NCBI GenBank assembly: GCA_019420325.1
Contig: JAHZHK010000001.1
Coordinates: forward strand, 1 to 61,860
Source of the DNA: Coriobacteriaceae bacterium
GTDB lineage: Bacteria > Actinomycetota > Coriobacteriia > Coriobacteriales > UMGS124
Direction of reading: 5' to 3'
DNA length: 61,860 nucleotides
The notes under the pieces are model-generated. The model worked only from the letters and a program-made list of their open reading frames with translations, was not told the origin of the DNA and searched no databases. Positions 31,144 through 40,020 of this stretch are shown piece by piece. The position numbers and the translations under genes are program-made. Position 1 is the first letter of the stretch; each line of letters opens with the position of its first letter.

Positions 31144-31407
31144 ATGTCAGATTCTGCCGATCAGTTCTTCCCCGAGGAGGGCGGAGCCCAGGGGGACGTC
31201 GCCCCCACGGCCAACCCTTCGTCTCAGCGCGAGAAGGGTGCCATCAAGCCGCCGACCTTCGGCATGGCTGTCGCCATCGCCATCGTCGCGTTGCTGCTTG
31301 GTTTGGGCGTGGGGTATTTTGCGGGTATGTACGTCGCTTCGAACTCGCAAATCGCAGCCGACGGTCTCACCAATGGAGCAGCCGCAACAGCGGCGAAAAC
31401 TGAGTAG
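31144..31407 (+). CDS. Small membrane protein (single TM)
   Basis: 87 aa. TM segment FGMAVAIAIVALLLGLGVGYFAGMYV. Confidence 0.45.
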   Translation: MSDSADQFFPEEGGAQGDVAPTANPSSQREKGAIKPPTFGMAVAIAIVALLLGLGVGYFAGMYVASNSQIAADGLTNGAAATAAKTE

Positions 31408-31416
31408 GAGAATCTC

Positions 31417-32313
31417 GTGGCTTTTGATAAGAACAACACCCCGGGTTGGATGAAGGCCGTCATCGTTGCCTTTGCTGTCATCCTGGTGATCTCGATGTGC
31501 CTGCCGTTCTTCAGCAGCTGCTCGTTCAACTCCGGCAATGCCTCCCAGCAGGCCGATGAGTCTGACCAGCAGGCCGATTCCGCGACGACCACCACCACGG
31601 TCGCCACGGTCAAGCAGAAGTACTCCGGCGTCATCTCCAACCTCGAGAAGAAGCTTGCCGACAACCCCGACAACACCACGGCTATGGCGAGCTTGGGCAA
31701 CAACTACATGGACATGGCCAACGCCATGCGTGCGGCTTCTGACTACTCCGGCAACGAAGACCAGGTCGAGGAGGCCTTCGCCACGGCGGCCGATTACTAC
31801 GGTCAGTACCTGGCCAAGGAGACTTCCCAGGCCGTGAGCGTCGATCATGCCGTGTGCCTCTTCTACGGCGGCAAGGCCGACGAGGGCCTCGCCGAGCTGA
31901 CCGCTTACGTTGAGGGCGACGGCGCCGACTACGCCATGGCGTGGTTCAACCTGGGCGTCATGCATTACACCGGTGAGACTCCCGACTACGCCGCCGCGGT
32001 CGAGGCGTTCAACAAGGCCGCCGAGCTTGATTCCGACGGTTCGGCCGGCGTGTCCATGACGGCTCAGATTTACGCCCAGCTGGCGCAGAACGCGCTCGAC
32101 GGGCAGAGCTCCGACAGCGAGGACGCTGCAGACGCCGATTCCTCGAGCGCTGAGCGCGCGGCCGACGCTGGCTCTGCGGACGCTGAGACTTCTGCCGACG
32201 CTGACTCTGCCGACGCTCAGAAGGACGACGAGAAGGCGGCGGGTGACGCTTCCGGCGACAAGGCAGATGACTCTGCCAAGACGGAGAAGGAAGCCGATTC
32301 GGCCACGAAGTAA
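31417..32313 (+). CDS. Membrane-anchored TPR-like protein with acidic low-complexity tail
   Basis: GTG start after an AGGAG RBS. N-terminal TM (AVIVAFAVILVISMCLPFF), TPR-like helices (MASLGNNYMDMANA..., AWFNLGVMHY), and a D/A/S-rich C-terminus. Confidence 0.5.
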   Translation: MAFDKNNTPGWMKAVIVAFAVILVISMCLPFFSSCSFNSGNASQQADESDQQADSATTTTTVATVKQKYSGVISNLEKKLADNPDNTTAMASLGNNYMDMANAMRAASDYSGNEDQVEEAFATAADYYGQYLAKETSQAVSVDHAVCLFYGGKADEGLAELTAYVEGDGADYAMAWFNLGVMHYTGETPDYAAAVEAFNKAAELDSDGSAGVSMTAQIYAQLAQNALDGQSSDSEDAADADSSSAERAADAGSADAETSADADSADAQKDDEKAAGDASGDKADDSAKTEKEADSATK

Positions 32314-32421
32314 CCGCTTGCACGGCCTTTATGGACAAGTTTGGCAATCTTGGTGTTTGGAAGGTGTGCCAATCGGGTATTCAAGGGCAGTCGCGACGAC
32401 AGTCCCAAGGAGGATTTGCTT

Positions 32422-32739
32422 ATGAACCTACAGGTAGAGAGCATGGCGCAGGGAAGGAGGCTGCGCGTCGTCGTGAGCGGCGAGGTCGACGTGAGCAACG
32501 CCGAGGACCTGCGCGCCCAGATCGACGCCGGCCTGTCTGACGAGACCGTGCAGGAAGTCGAGGTCGACATGGCCGAGGTTTCCTACATCGACTCGACGGG
32601 CATCGGCGTGCTTGTGGGTTCGGCCCACAAGGCCCAGGACTCCGGTCGTGTCTTCCAGGTGCTCAATCCCCAGGCCAACGTCCTAAGGATTTTGGGCCTG
32701 CTTGGCGTTGACGAGGTGCTCGGACTCAAAGAGTCCTAA
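32422..32739 (+). CDS. STAS-domain protein (anti-sigma-factor antagonist family)
   Basis: VSGEVDVSNAEDLR....EVDMAEVSYIDSTGIGVLV....G..F.VLNP...V.RIL.L.G. AAGGAGG RBS, ATG at 32422. Confidence 0.7.
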   Translation: MNLQVESMAQGRRLRVVVSGEVDVSNAEDLRAQIDAGLSDETVQEVEVDMAEVSYIDSTGIGVLVGSAHKAQDSGRVFQVLNPQANVLRILGLLGVDEVLGLKES

Positions 32740-32897
32740 TCCTTGGAACGACAAAAACCGTCCTGGTTTTGCCGACTTGGCAAACTGGTGCGATTTTTGT
32801 GGGCGTCTCGGCGCATGTCTTGCCCTATACTGTCAAGACTTGCGCGCACCACAGGGGCGCAAACCGTAATGCCCGCATGCAACAGAAAGGTCCCACG

Positions 32898-33494
32898 GTG
32901 TTAGGAATCGGTGGTACCGAGCTCGCGATCATCCTCATATTCGGCTTCCTCATCTTCGGTCCGGACCGGCTTCCCGCTATGGGTCGCACCATTGGCCGCG
33001 CTTTGAGGCAGTTCCGTCAGGCCCAGGACCAGATGAACAAGATGGTCCAGACCGAGATCGTGAACCCGCTCAATGAGTCCATGAAAGAGCCTGCCAAGAA
33101 GCAGGGTCCCAAGAAGAAGGTCACCGGCGCCGCCGCTTCGGCCAAGCCTGAGACGTTTGCCGAGAAGAAGGCGCGCCTGGCCGCTGAGGCCGATGCCGTT
33201 GCCAAGCGCAAGGCTGCTGGCGAGATGGCTCCCGCCGCCGAGACGCCGGCCGCTCCCGTCAAGAAGGCCGGCGCCTCCGAGACGTTCGCCGAGCGCAAGG
33301 CGCGCCTTGAGGCCGAGAAGGCCGCCGCCGCCGAGAAGAAGCCCACTGCCGCGGCCGCCAAGCCGGCGACCACGGCTAAGAAGAGCACATCCTCGGCTGC
33401 CAAGCTCTATGGTATCGACAAGGATCGCATCGCAGCCGCCCGTGCAGCTGCTGCTGCCCAGAAGGCTGAGAAGGAGGAACAGGCCGACGCCTAA
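32898..33494 (+). CDS. Twin-arginine translocase TatA/TatB-family protein with long A/K/E-rich tail
   Basis: VLGIGGTELAIILIFGFLIFGPDRLPAMGRTIGRALRQFR is the TatA/B N-terminal signature. GTG at 32898 after GAAAGG. Confidence 0.75.
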   Translation: MLGIGGTELAIILIFGFLIFGPDRLPAMGRTIGRALRQFRQAQDQMNKMVQTEIVNPLNESMKEPAKKQGPKKKVTGAAASAKPETFAEKKARLAAEADAVAKRKAAGEMAPAAETPAAPVKKAGASETFAERKARLEAEKAAAAEKKPTAAAAKPATTAKKSTSSAAKLYGIDKDRIAAARAAAAAQKAEKEEQADA

Positions 33495-33514
33495 GGGCGG
33501 CCTGGAGACATACC

Positions 33515-34345
33515 ATGCCTATCGGACCCGCACGCATGCCCTTGATGGATCACCTCGGCGAACTCCGTCGCCGTCTGACCATCATCGTCACGTCGCTTTT
33601 TGTCACGGCCATCATTCTGTACTTCGCGACTCCTTCGCTCATCAACTTCCTGATGGCCCCCGTGCAGGAATTCATCCCTCCGTCGCTGGCCGGCGACGTT
33701 GCCTCGGGACTCTACGTCAGCTCTCCTCTGGGCGGCTTCTCCATCAGGTTCCGCGTGGCTATCTTCGCGGCCGTGTGCGTTTGCTCGCCCATCGTGCTGT
33801 GGGAGATTCTCGCGTTCTTCCTTCCGGCACTTAAGCCCAACGAGCGTCGCTGGGTCGTGCCCACCCTGGCGGTCGGCGTGTTCCTGTTCATCTTCGGTAT
33901 CGTCTTCTGCTACTGCGTCATCCTGGGTGCTGCCTTTGGCTGGATGACCGGCGAATCCGATGCCATCGGTACAGTGCTTCCCGACGCCGAGACCTACATC
34001 AAGGCCATCCTGGGTCTTGAGATTGCCTTCGGCATCGCATTCGAGCTGCCGCTCATCGTGTTCTACCTCATTGTGTTCAACCTTGTGCCGTACAAGACGT
34101 TCCGCAAGAACTGGCGTACCATTTACTGCGTGCTGCTTGTCCTGTGCGCCATGGTCACGCCTGACGCAAGCCCGGTCACGATGCTCTTCATGTTCGCGGC
34201 TCTGCTGTCCATGTACGAAATCTCGATGCTCGTTGCCCGCTTCGTCCTGTCCAAGCGCATCGCCAAGCAGAAGGCCGACGGCACCTGGGTCGACCCCGAC
34301 GAGGACGAGGACGACGACGATGATGAAGACGAGGACAAGGAATAA
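33515..34345 (+). CDS. tatC: Twin-arginine translocase subunit TatC
   Basis: MPLMDHLGELRRRL...six-TM pattern...LPALKPNERR...TPDASPVT. Acidic D/E tail. Confidence 0.9.
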   Translation: MPIGPARMPLMDHLGELRRRLTIIVTSLFVTAIILYFATPSLINFLMAPVQEFIPPSLAGDVASGLYVSSPLGGFSIRFRVAIFAAVCVCSPIVLWEILAFFLPALKPNERRWVVPTLAVGVFLFIFGIVFCYCVILGAAFGWMTGESDAIGTVLPDAETYIKAILGLEIAFGIAFELPLIVFYLIVFNLVPYKTFRKNWRTIYCVLLVLCAMVTPDASPVTMLFMFAALLSMYEISMLVARFVLSKRIAKQKADGTWVDPDEDEDDDDDEDEDKE

Positions 34346-34348
34346 CCT

Positions 34349-34738
34349 GTGCACGAGTACTCCATCGTAGAGGGCGTCCTCGACTCGGTGATTCCTGCCG
34401 CTGAAAAGGCGGGTGCCGACAGGATTGTGTGCGTGCGCCTTCGTGTGGGCGACATGACCGAGGTTGTGCAGGAGTCACTCGACTTCATGTGGGGCATCTG
34501 CTGCGAGCAGCGCGGCCCCATGGTCGAGGGATGTAGGCTCGAGGTCGAGTACGTCTACCCGCGCTCGGCATGCTTGAAGTGCGGGCACGAGTTCGAGCAC
34601 GACCGTTTTCATCTCAAATGTCCGGAATGCGGCAGCGCCTCGACAATGCTGCTTTCGGGCCGCGAGCTCGAGATAGCCTCGATGGACGTGGACATCCCCG
34701 ATGACGCGCCCGCCGAGCAGGCTGAGAAGGCTCAATAA
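34349..34738 (+). CDS. hypA: Hydrogenase/urease nickel insertion protein HypA
   Basis: MHEYSIVEGVL (MHE nickel site) and CLKCGHEF...CPECGS zinc site. Confidence 0.85.
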   Translation: MHEYSIVEGVLDSVIPAAEKAGADRIVCVRLRVGDMTEVVQESLDFMWGICCEQRGPMVEGCRLEVEYVYPRSACLKCGHEFEHDRFHLKCPECGSASTMLLSGRELEIASMDVDIPDDAPAEQAEKAQ

Positions 34739-34804
34739 AACCCTAGGCCCGTCCCGCCTGTGCCGCGAGACGGGCTTTTTGGCTCAAAAGGAAAGGTGAG
34801 CACT

Positions 34805-35482
34805 ATGGCAGAGAAGACCATCGAGGTTTCCAAGGGCATCCTCGACCGCAACGACCGCATCGCCGCAGAGCTGCGCGACGTCTATGCGAAGCACGGGATC
34901 TGCTGCGTCAACCTGCTCTCCGGCCCGGGTGCCGGCAAGACGACCACGATCATCGCCACCATCGAGGCCCTCAAGGACCGCTACAACGTGGCCGTCATCG
35001 AGGGCGACATCGCCAGCGACGTCGATGCCCTCAAGGTCAAGGAGCATGGCGCCGCTGCCGTCCAGATTAACACGGGCGGCCTGTGCCACCTTGAGGGCGA
35101 CATGGTCAAGCGCGCCCTGGGCGCCATCGACCTGGACTGGGCCGACCTCATCATCATCGAGAATGTCGGCAACCTCGTGTGCACCGTTGACTTCGACCTG
35201 GGTGCCGACCTCACGGCGATGATTCTGTCTGTGCCCGAGGGACACGACAAGCCCCTCAAGTACCCAGGTATCTTCCAGGCCAGCGACGCTGTCATCCTGA
35301 GCAAGGTCGACACGCTGCCGGTGTTTGACTTCGACGAGGCGGCTTTTGACGCCGAGATTTCCGACCTCAACCCCAATGCCGAGGTGTTCCGCATTTCCTC
35401 CAAGACGGGCCAGGGCATCGACGTCTGGGCTGATTTCCTCGCTGGGCGCATTGAAGCAGCTCGCAGCAAGAAGGCCGAGTAG
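34805..35482 (+). CDS. hypB: Nickel-incorporation GTPase HypB
   Basis: LLSGPGAGKTT P-loop, IEGDI, CHLEGDM, ENVGNLVC, SKVD. Confidence 0.9.
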   Translation: MAEKTIEVSKGILDRNDRIAAELRDVYAKHGICCVNLLSGPGAGKTTTIIATIEALKDRYNVAVIEGDIASDVDALKVKEHGAAAVQINTGGLCHLEGDMVKRALGAIDLDWADLIIIENVGNLVCTVDFDLGADLTAMILSVPEGHDKPLKYPGIFQASDAVILSKVDTLPVFDFDEAAFDAEISDLNPNAEVFRISSKTGQGIDVWADFLAGRIEAARSKKAE

Positions 35483-35486
35483 CGCC

Positions 35487-38120
35487 ATGAAGCTTGTAGT
35501 TGCCGAGAAGACCAACGCCGCCGAGAACATCGCCAAAGAGCTCGGTGTTGGCACCAAGAAGGACAAGGTCTACAACACTCCCGTGTGCCGCTTCACCCGT
35601 GAGGGGGAGGAGTGGGTCGCCATGGGTCTGCGCGGCCATATCCTGGCGGTCGATTTTCCCCGGGAGCTGCAGTGGCGCGAAGACCAGGGCTGGTTTGGCG
35701 TTGACGAGGAAGGCGAGGTCTTTCCCGCCAGCTTGCCTTCGACGCTCGCACACCCGCCCTTCGAGAAGGTCCGCAAGCCTTTCACCAAGGAGGGCGTGGA
35801 CATCAAGGGTTGGAAGGTGCCGAGCCTTCCGTACCTTGTGTGGGCGCCCGTTGTGAAGGAGCCTGCGGAGAAGGAAATCATCCGCACCCTCAAGAACCTC
35901 GCGAAGAAGGCCGACGAGGTCATCATCGCAACCGACTTCGACCGTGAGGGCGAGCTTATCGGCTCAGACGCCGTGTCCATGGTGCGCCAGGTCAACGAGG
36001 ACGTGCCCGTGGTGCGTGCCCGCTACTCGTCGTTCACCAAGCCTGAGCTCGAGCACGCCTTTGCCCGCGAGAACCTCGTAGCCGTGGACGACGACCTGGC
36101 GGCTGCCGGCGAGTCGCGCCAGTTCATCGACCTCATCTGGGGTGCCGTGCTCACGCGCTACCTCACGATGGCCAAGTTTGGCGGCCTGGGCAACGTACGC
36201 AGTGCCGGTCGCGTGCAGACCCCCACGCTCGCTCTTGTCGCCCGCCGCGAGAAGGAGCGCCAGGCCTTCGTTCCCGAGGACTATTGGGTTGTGCGCGGCA
36301 CCGCCGCCACGCAGGGAGGCGAGGAATTCAAGGTCGCCCATGCCACGGCCCGCTTCAAGGACGAGGCGACTGCCACGTGCGCCTACCAGGACGCGAAGGC
36401 CGCAGGCAAGGCCCGTGTGACCGACGTGGTGAAGAAGACGCGCAAGGGCACCATCCAGACGCCGTTCAACACCACGAGCCTGCAGACGGCCGCCGCCGCA
36501 GAGGGCCTTACGCCGGCGCGTACCATGCGCATCGCCGAGTCGCTCTACATGAGCGGCCTCATCTCCTATCCGCGTGTTGACAACACGGTGTACCCCGAGA
36601 CGCTCGACCTTTCCGAGGTTGTGACGATGCTCAAGGGTGTGCCCCAGTACGCCAACTACTGCGACGAGCTCCTGGCCGCGCAGCCCCTCAAGGCCACCCG
36701 CGGCAAGCAGGAGACGACCGACCACCCGCCCATCTACCCCACGGGCGTCGGCGACCCGGACAAGCTGCGTCCCGAGGAGTGGAAGCTCTACAACCTCATC
36801 GCCCGTAGGTTCCTCGCGACCCTGTCTGAGCAGCCTGTCATCGAGGGCACCAAGGTCACGCTCGACGCGGGCGGTCAGACGTTTGCCGCCAGCGGCGATG
36901 TGCTCGTGAAGCCCGGCTATCGTGCCATCTACCCGTATGGCTCCAAGAAGGACGAGCAGCTGCCTGCTCTTTCTGTGGGCCAGGAAGTCGACCTCACCTC
37001 GCTTGACCTCGAGGCCAAGCAGACCGAGCCGCCGGCGCGCTACAGCCAGGGCAAGCTCGTGCAGGAGATGGAGCGCCTGGGTCTGGGCACCAAGTCCACC
37101 CGCGCCTCCATCATCGAGCGCCTCTACGAGGTGAAGTACCTCAAGAACGATCCCATCGAACCCAGCCAGCTCGGCATGGCCATCATCGACGCCCTTGAGT
37201 GTTACGCTGCCCACATCACCACGCCCGAGATGACAAGCGAGCTCGAAGGCGACATGACGAAGGTGGCCGAGGGTCAGGCAAGCCAGGACGCCGTTGTCGA
37301 CCACTCCCGCGAGCTGCTTGCCTCGCTGCTCGAGGGCCTCATCGAGCACAAGGAGGACCTCGGCGAGGCCATCAGCGACGCAGTGCAGGCCGACGCCAAG
37401 ATCGGCGTGTGCCCCAAGTGCGGCCATGACCTGCTTGTGAAGCAGTCGGCCAAGACGCGCTCGAGCTTCATCGGGTGCTCTGCCTGGCCTGAGTGCGAGG
37501 TTACCTATCCCTTGCCCCAGGGCAAGATCCAGACGGTGGAGGAGCTGTGCCCCGTGTGCGGATGCCCGCAGATCAAGGTGCAGCCGTTCCGCTCGAAGCC
37601 CTACGTTGTGTGCGTGGACCCGGCTTGTCCCACCAACAAGGAACCTGACGTTACCGTGGGCGTGTGCCCCACCTGCGCCGCCGCCGGACGCGAGGGACTG
37701 CTCATCGCCCATCGCAGCGAGCGCACCCTCAAGCGTTTCATCCGCTGCACCAACTACGACGAGTGCTCCACGAGCTACCCGCTTCCGCAGCGAGGCGAGC
37801 TCAAGGCGACGGGCGAAGTGTGTCCCGACTGTGGCGCCCCCATCGTCGAGGTCACGACCACTCGCGGTCCCTGGCGCATTTGCGTGAACATGGACTGCCC
37901 CGGCAAGGCGCGCGCCGAGGAGGAGAAGGCCGCCAAGGCCGCGGCCCGCGCCGCAAAGGCGGAGGCAGAGGCGCAAGGCGAGGGCGACGAGCCCAAGAAG
38001 GCCTCCTCGAAGAAGGCTTCGACCAAGAAGGCACCGGCGAAGAAGGCCCCTGCAAAGAAGGCTTCGTCGAAGAAGAAGGCAGAGCCTGGAGCTGCCGAAG
38101 AGGACGCTTCGCAGGAGTAG
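35487..38120 (+). CDS. Type IA DNA topoisomerase with four C-terminal Cys4 zinc ribbons and a K/A-rich tail
   Basis: MKLVVAEKTNAAENIA, TOPRIM IIATDFDREGELIG, active-site context LISYPRVDN (type IA catalytic tyrosine region). Zinc ribbons: CPKCG...CSAWPEC, CPVCG...CVDPAC, CPTC...CTNYDEC, CPDCG...CVNMDC. Tail KKASSKKASTKKAPAKKAPAKK. Confidence 0.85.
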   Translation: MKLVVAEKTNAAENIAKELGVGTKKDKVYNTPVCRFTREGEEWVAMGLRGHILAVDFPRELQWREDQGWFGVDEEGEVFPASLPSTLAHPPFEKVRKPFTKEGVDIKGWKVPSLPYLVWAPVVKEPAEKEIIRTLKNLAKKADEVIIATDFDREGELIGSDAVSMVRQVNEDVPVVRARYSSFTKPELEHAFARENLVAVDDDLAAAGESRQFIDLIWGAVLTRYLTMAKFGGLGNVRSAGRVQTPTLALVARREKERQAFVPEDYWVVRGTAATQGGEEFKVAHATARFKDEATATCAYQDAKAAGKARVTDVVKKTRKGTIQTPFNTTSLQTAAAAEGLTPARTMRIAESLYMSGLISYPRVDNTVYPETLDLSEVVTMLKGVPQYANYCDELLAAQPLKATRGKQETTDHPPIYPTGVGDPDKLRPEEWKLYNLIARRFLATLSEQPVIEGTKVTLDAGGQTFAASGDVLVKPGYRAIYPYGSKKDEQLPALSVGQEVDLTSLDLEAKQTEPPARYSQGKLVQEMERLGLGTKSTRASIIERLYEVKYLKNDPIEPSQLGMAIIDALECYAAHITTPEMTSELEGDMTKVAEGQASQDAVVDHSRELLASLLEGLIEHKEDLGEAISDAVQADAKIGVCPKCGHDLLVKQSAKTRSSFIGCSAWPECEVTYPLPQGKIQTVEELCPVCGCPQIKVQPFRSKPYVVCVDPACPTNKEPDVTVGVCPTCAAAGREGLLIAHRSERTLKRFIRCTNYDECSTSYPLPQRGELKATGEVCPDCGAPIVEVTTTRGPWRICVNMDCPGKARAEEEKAAKAAARAAKAEAEAQGEGDEPKKASSKKASTKKAPAKKAPAKKASSKKKAEPGAAEEDASQE

Positions 38121-38155
38121 GCTTCGCAAGGCCTTTGCGCATATGACACGCTGAC

Positions 38156-38207
38156 CCTTTGGCGGCACGCACGACGGGTAAGACAACCGTTTGCGTGCCG
38201 CCAAAGG
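38156..38207. terminator. Perfect 16-bp inverted repeat after the topoisomerase gene
   Basis: CCTTTGGCGGCACGCA (38156-38171) / TGCGTGCCGCCAAAGG (38192-38207), 20-nt loop. No T-tract follows, so terminator function is uncertain. Confidence 0.4.
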
Positions 38208-38321
38208 TCTATCAAAGCGGTGATTAGGTGCGGTGAGGGCGGTTTTGCGAAGACTTGACCGAGCAGAGGGCGTTTGTGGATAAGCTAATGCCCCCGCCTC
38301 ATTCTTTAGAAAGGTGTTGTG

Positions 38322-39923
38322 ATGTCCCGAGCTTCTGAATCTGCGCGTACGCCCCTGTCTCGACGCGCGTTTGCGTGTGCCAGCCTGTTTGCGGGCGCCG
38401 GTCTGCTCGCGCTTTCCGGGTGCGGCTCGCAAGACGCGAACACGACTGAGGCGGGCAGTGCGAATGAGACGCAGGATACGTCTGCCCCCTCGCAGGATAC
38501 GCCTGCTCAGGCAGACAAGCTCATCATGGGCATCACGGTCGACCCTGACGGCCTCGATCCCCAGCGCACTGCAGCGGCGGCGACCTTCCAGGTCACGAAC
38601 AACGTGTACGACCCGCTGCTCAAGGTGACGACGTCCGGCGAGCTTGTGCCCGGCCTTGCCGAGTCGTGGGAAACTTCCGAGGACGGCATGGTCGCCACCT
38701 TCAAGCTGCGCGAAGGCCTCGTGTTCTCCAATGGCAACGCCTGCGACGCCCGGGCCGTCGTGGCGTCTTTCCAGCGCCTGCGGGACGACGCCGCGCCGCG
38801 CAAGAGCGAGTATGCCGGCTACAGCTTTGAGGCCGTCGACGAGCGCACCGTGCAGGTGAGCTCCGCTGAGCTCAATGTGGCCATGCTCACCGACTTTGCC
38901 TACGCCTGGAGCGCCGTGGTCGACACGACGGTGGCAGACACGCTGGCCAACCAGCCTGTGGGCACGGGCCCTTACAAGGTGGTCTCGTGGACCCCGCAGC
39001 AGTCCGTGGTGCTTGAGGCAAACCCCAGCTACTGGGGGGAGGCACCCCACATCGCAAACGTCGAGCTGCGCGTGCTGCCCGAGGCAACGACGCAGGCCAG
39101 CTCGCTGCGCGCCCATGACGTCGACCTTATCCTTGCGGCAAACGAGCAGGTCGCTGCCTTTGAGGGCGACACGGCTTTCCAGATTATGCAGTATCCCATG
39201 AACGGTGTGCAGCTCATGGCCATGAACTGCGCAAACGAGGTCCTCGCCGACGTGCGCGTGCGTCAGGCCATCAACATGGCCGTGGACAAGGACGCCCTCA
39301 TCGAGGCCGTGTGGTGGGGCTACGGCAAGAAGATCGGTTCGCACTTCCCGCCGAGCTTCACGGGATACGTGGACTGCAACGACACGTATGCCTACGATCC
39401 CGATGCGGCGAAGGCCCTGCTCGATGAGTGCGGCTATTCCTCCGACGAGCTGACGTTCTCCATGCGTCTGCCCAAGAGCTACAAGGAGTACGTCAACGCC
39501 GGCCAGATTATCGCCGACGCCCTGGGCAAGGTTGGCATCACCTGCAACGTCGAGATCGTCGAGTGGGCCACGTGGCTCGACGAGGTGTACACGGGCCGGG
39601 TGTACGACCTCACCGTTGTGGGTCACACCGGGCGTCTCGACCCCATCACGCTGCTGGCCCGCTATGGTTCGGAGAGCTCGGAGAACTACTTCAATTACTC
39701 CAGCGACGTGGTTGACGGCCTCATTGCCGACTATCGCGGCCAGCTCGACGAGGACAAGCGCACCGAGGACGTGCGCCAGATTCAGGAGCAGCTTGCCCAA
39801 GACGTGCCGGCACTGTACATCCAGTCTCCCGTGATGGTGTATCTGGCTGACGCCGGGCTCGAGGGCTTTGTGCAGTATCCTATTGACATCTACGAGTTCA
39901 AAGACGTGAAGCTGCAGGCCTAA
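38322..39923 (+). CDS. ABC transporter substrate-binding lipoprotein, family 5 (peptide/nickel), with a Tat-type signal
   Basis: SRRAFACASLFAGAGLLALSGC combines a twin-arginine motif with a lipobox. The body matches the NikA/DppA/OppA family (GTGPYK...W...V.L.AN..YWG). Confidence 0.8.
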   Translation: MSRASESARTPLSRRAFACASLFAGAGLLALSGCGSQDANTTEAGSANETQDTSAPSQDTPAQADKLIMGITVDPDGLDPQRTAAAATFQVTNNVYDPLLKVTTSGELVPGLAESWETSEDGMVATFKLREGLVFSNGNACDARAVVASFQRLRDDAAPRKSEYAGYSFEAVDERTVQVSSAELNVAMLTDFAYAWSAVVDTTVADTLANQPVGTGPYKVVSWTPQQSVVLEANPSYWGEAPHIANVELRVLPEATTQASSLRAHDVDLILAANEQVAAFEGDTAFQIMQYPMNGVQLMAMNCANEVLADVRVRQAINMAVDKDALIEAVWWGYGKKIGSHFPPSFTGYVDCNDTYAYDPDAAKALLDECGYSSDELTFSMRLPKSYKEYVNAGQIIADALGKVGITCNVEIVEWATWLDEVYTGRVYDLTVVGHTGRLDPITLLARYGSESSENYFNYSSDVVDGLIADYRGQLDEDKRTEDVRQIQEQLAQDVPALYIQSPVMVYLADAGLEGFVQYPIDIYEFKDVKLQA

Positions 39924-40020
39924 CAGCTGTCGCGTTGTAGTGCGAGGGCTTGCGTGCGCCAGGCGCACCGGGCTCTCGCGCGCAATCGTGCGGAGCTGAG
40001 AGACTCTATGGGAGGCGAGC

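Noticed and set aside
37930-38110. K/A-rich repeats at the topoisomerase C-terminus, and the A/K/E-rich TatA/B tail at 33100-33480, as DNA-level tandem repeats.
   Set aside because: They are protein low-complexity regions with imperfect, non-phased nucleotide repetition. They are not a discrete repeat element.
38156-38207. The 16-bp perfect inverted repeat as a mobile-element end or a structured RNA gene.
   Set aside because: It is a single hairpin with no partner repeat elsewhere in the window, sitting exactly between two co-directional operons. A terminator or attenuator is the simplest explanation.
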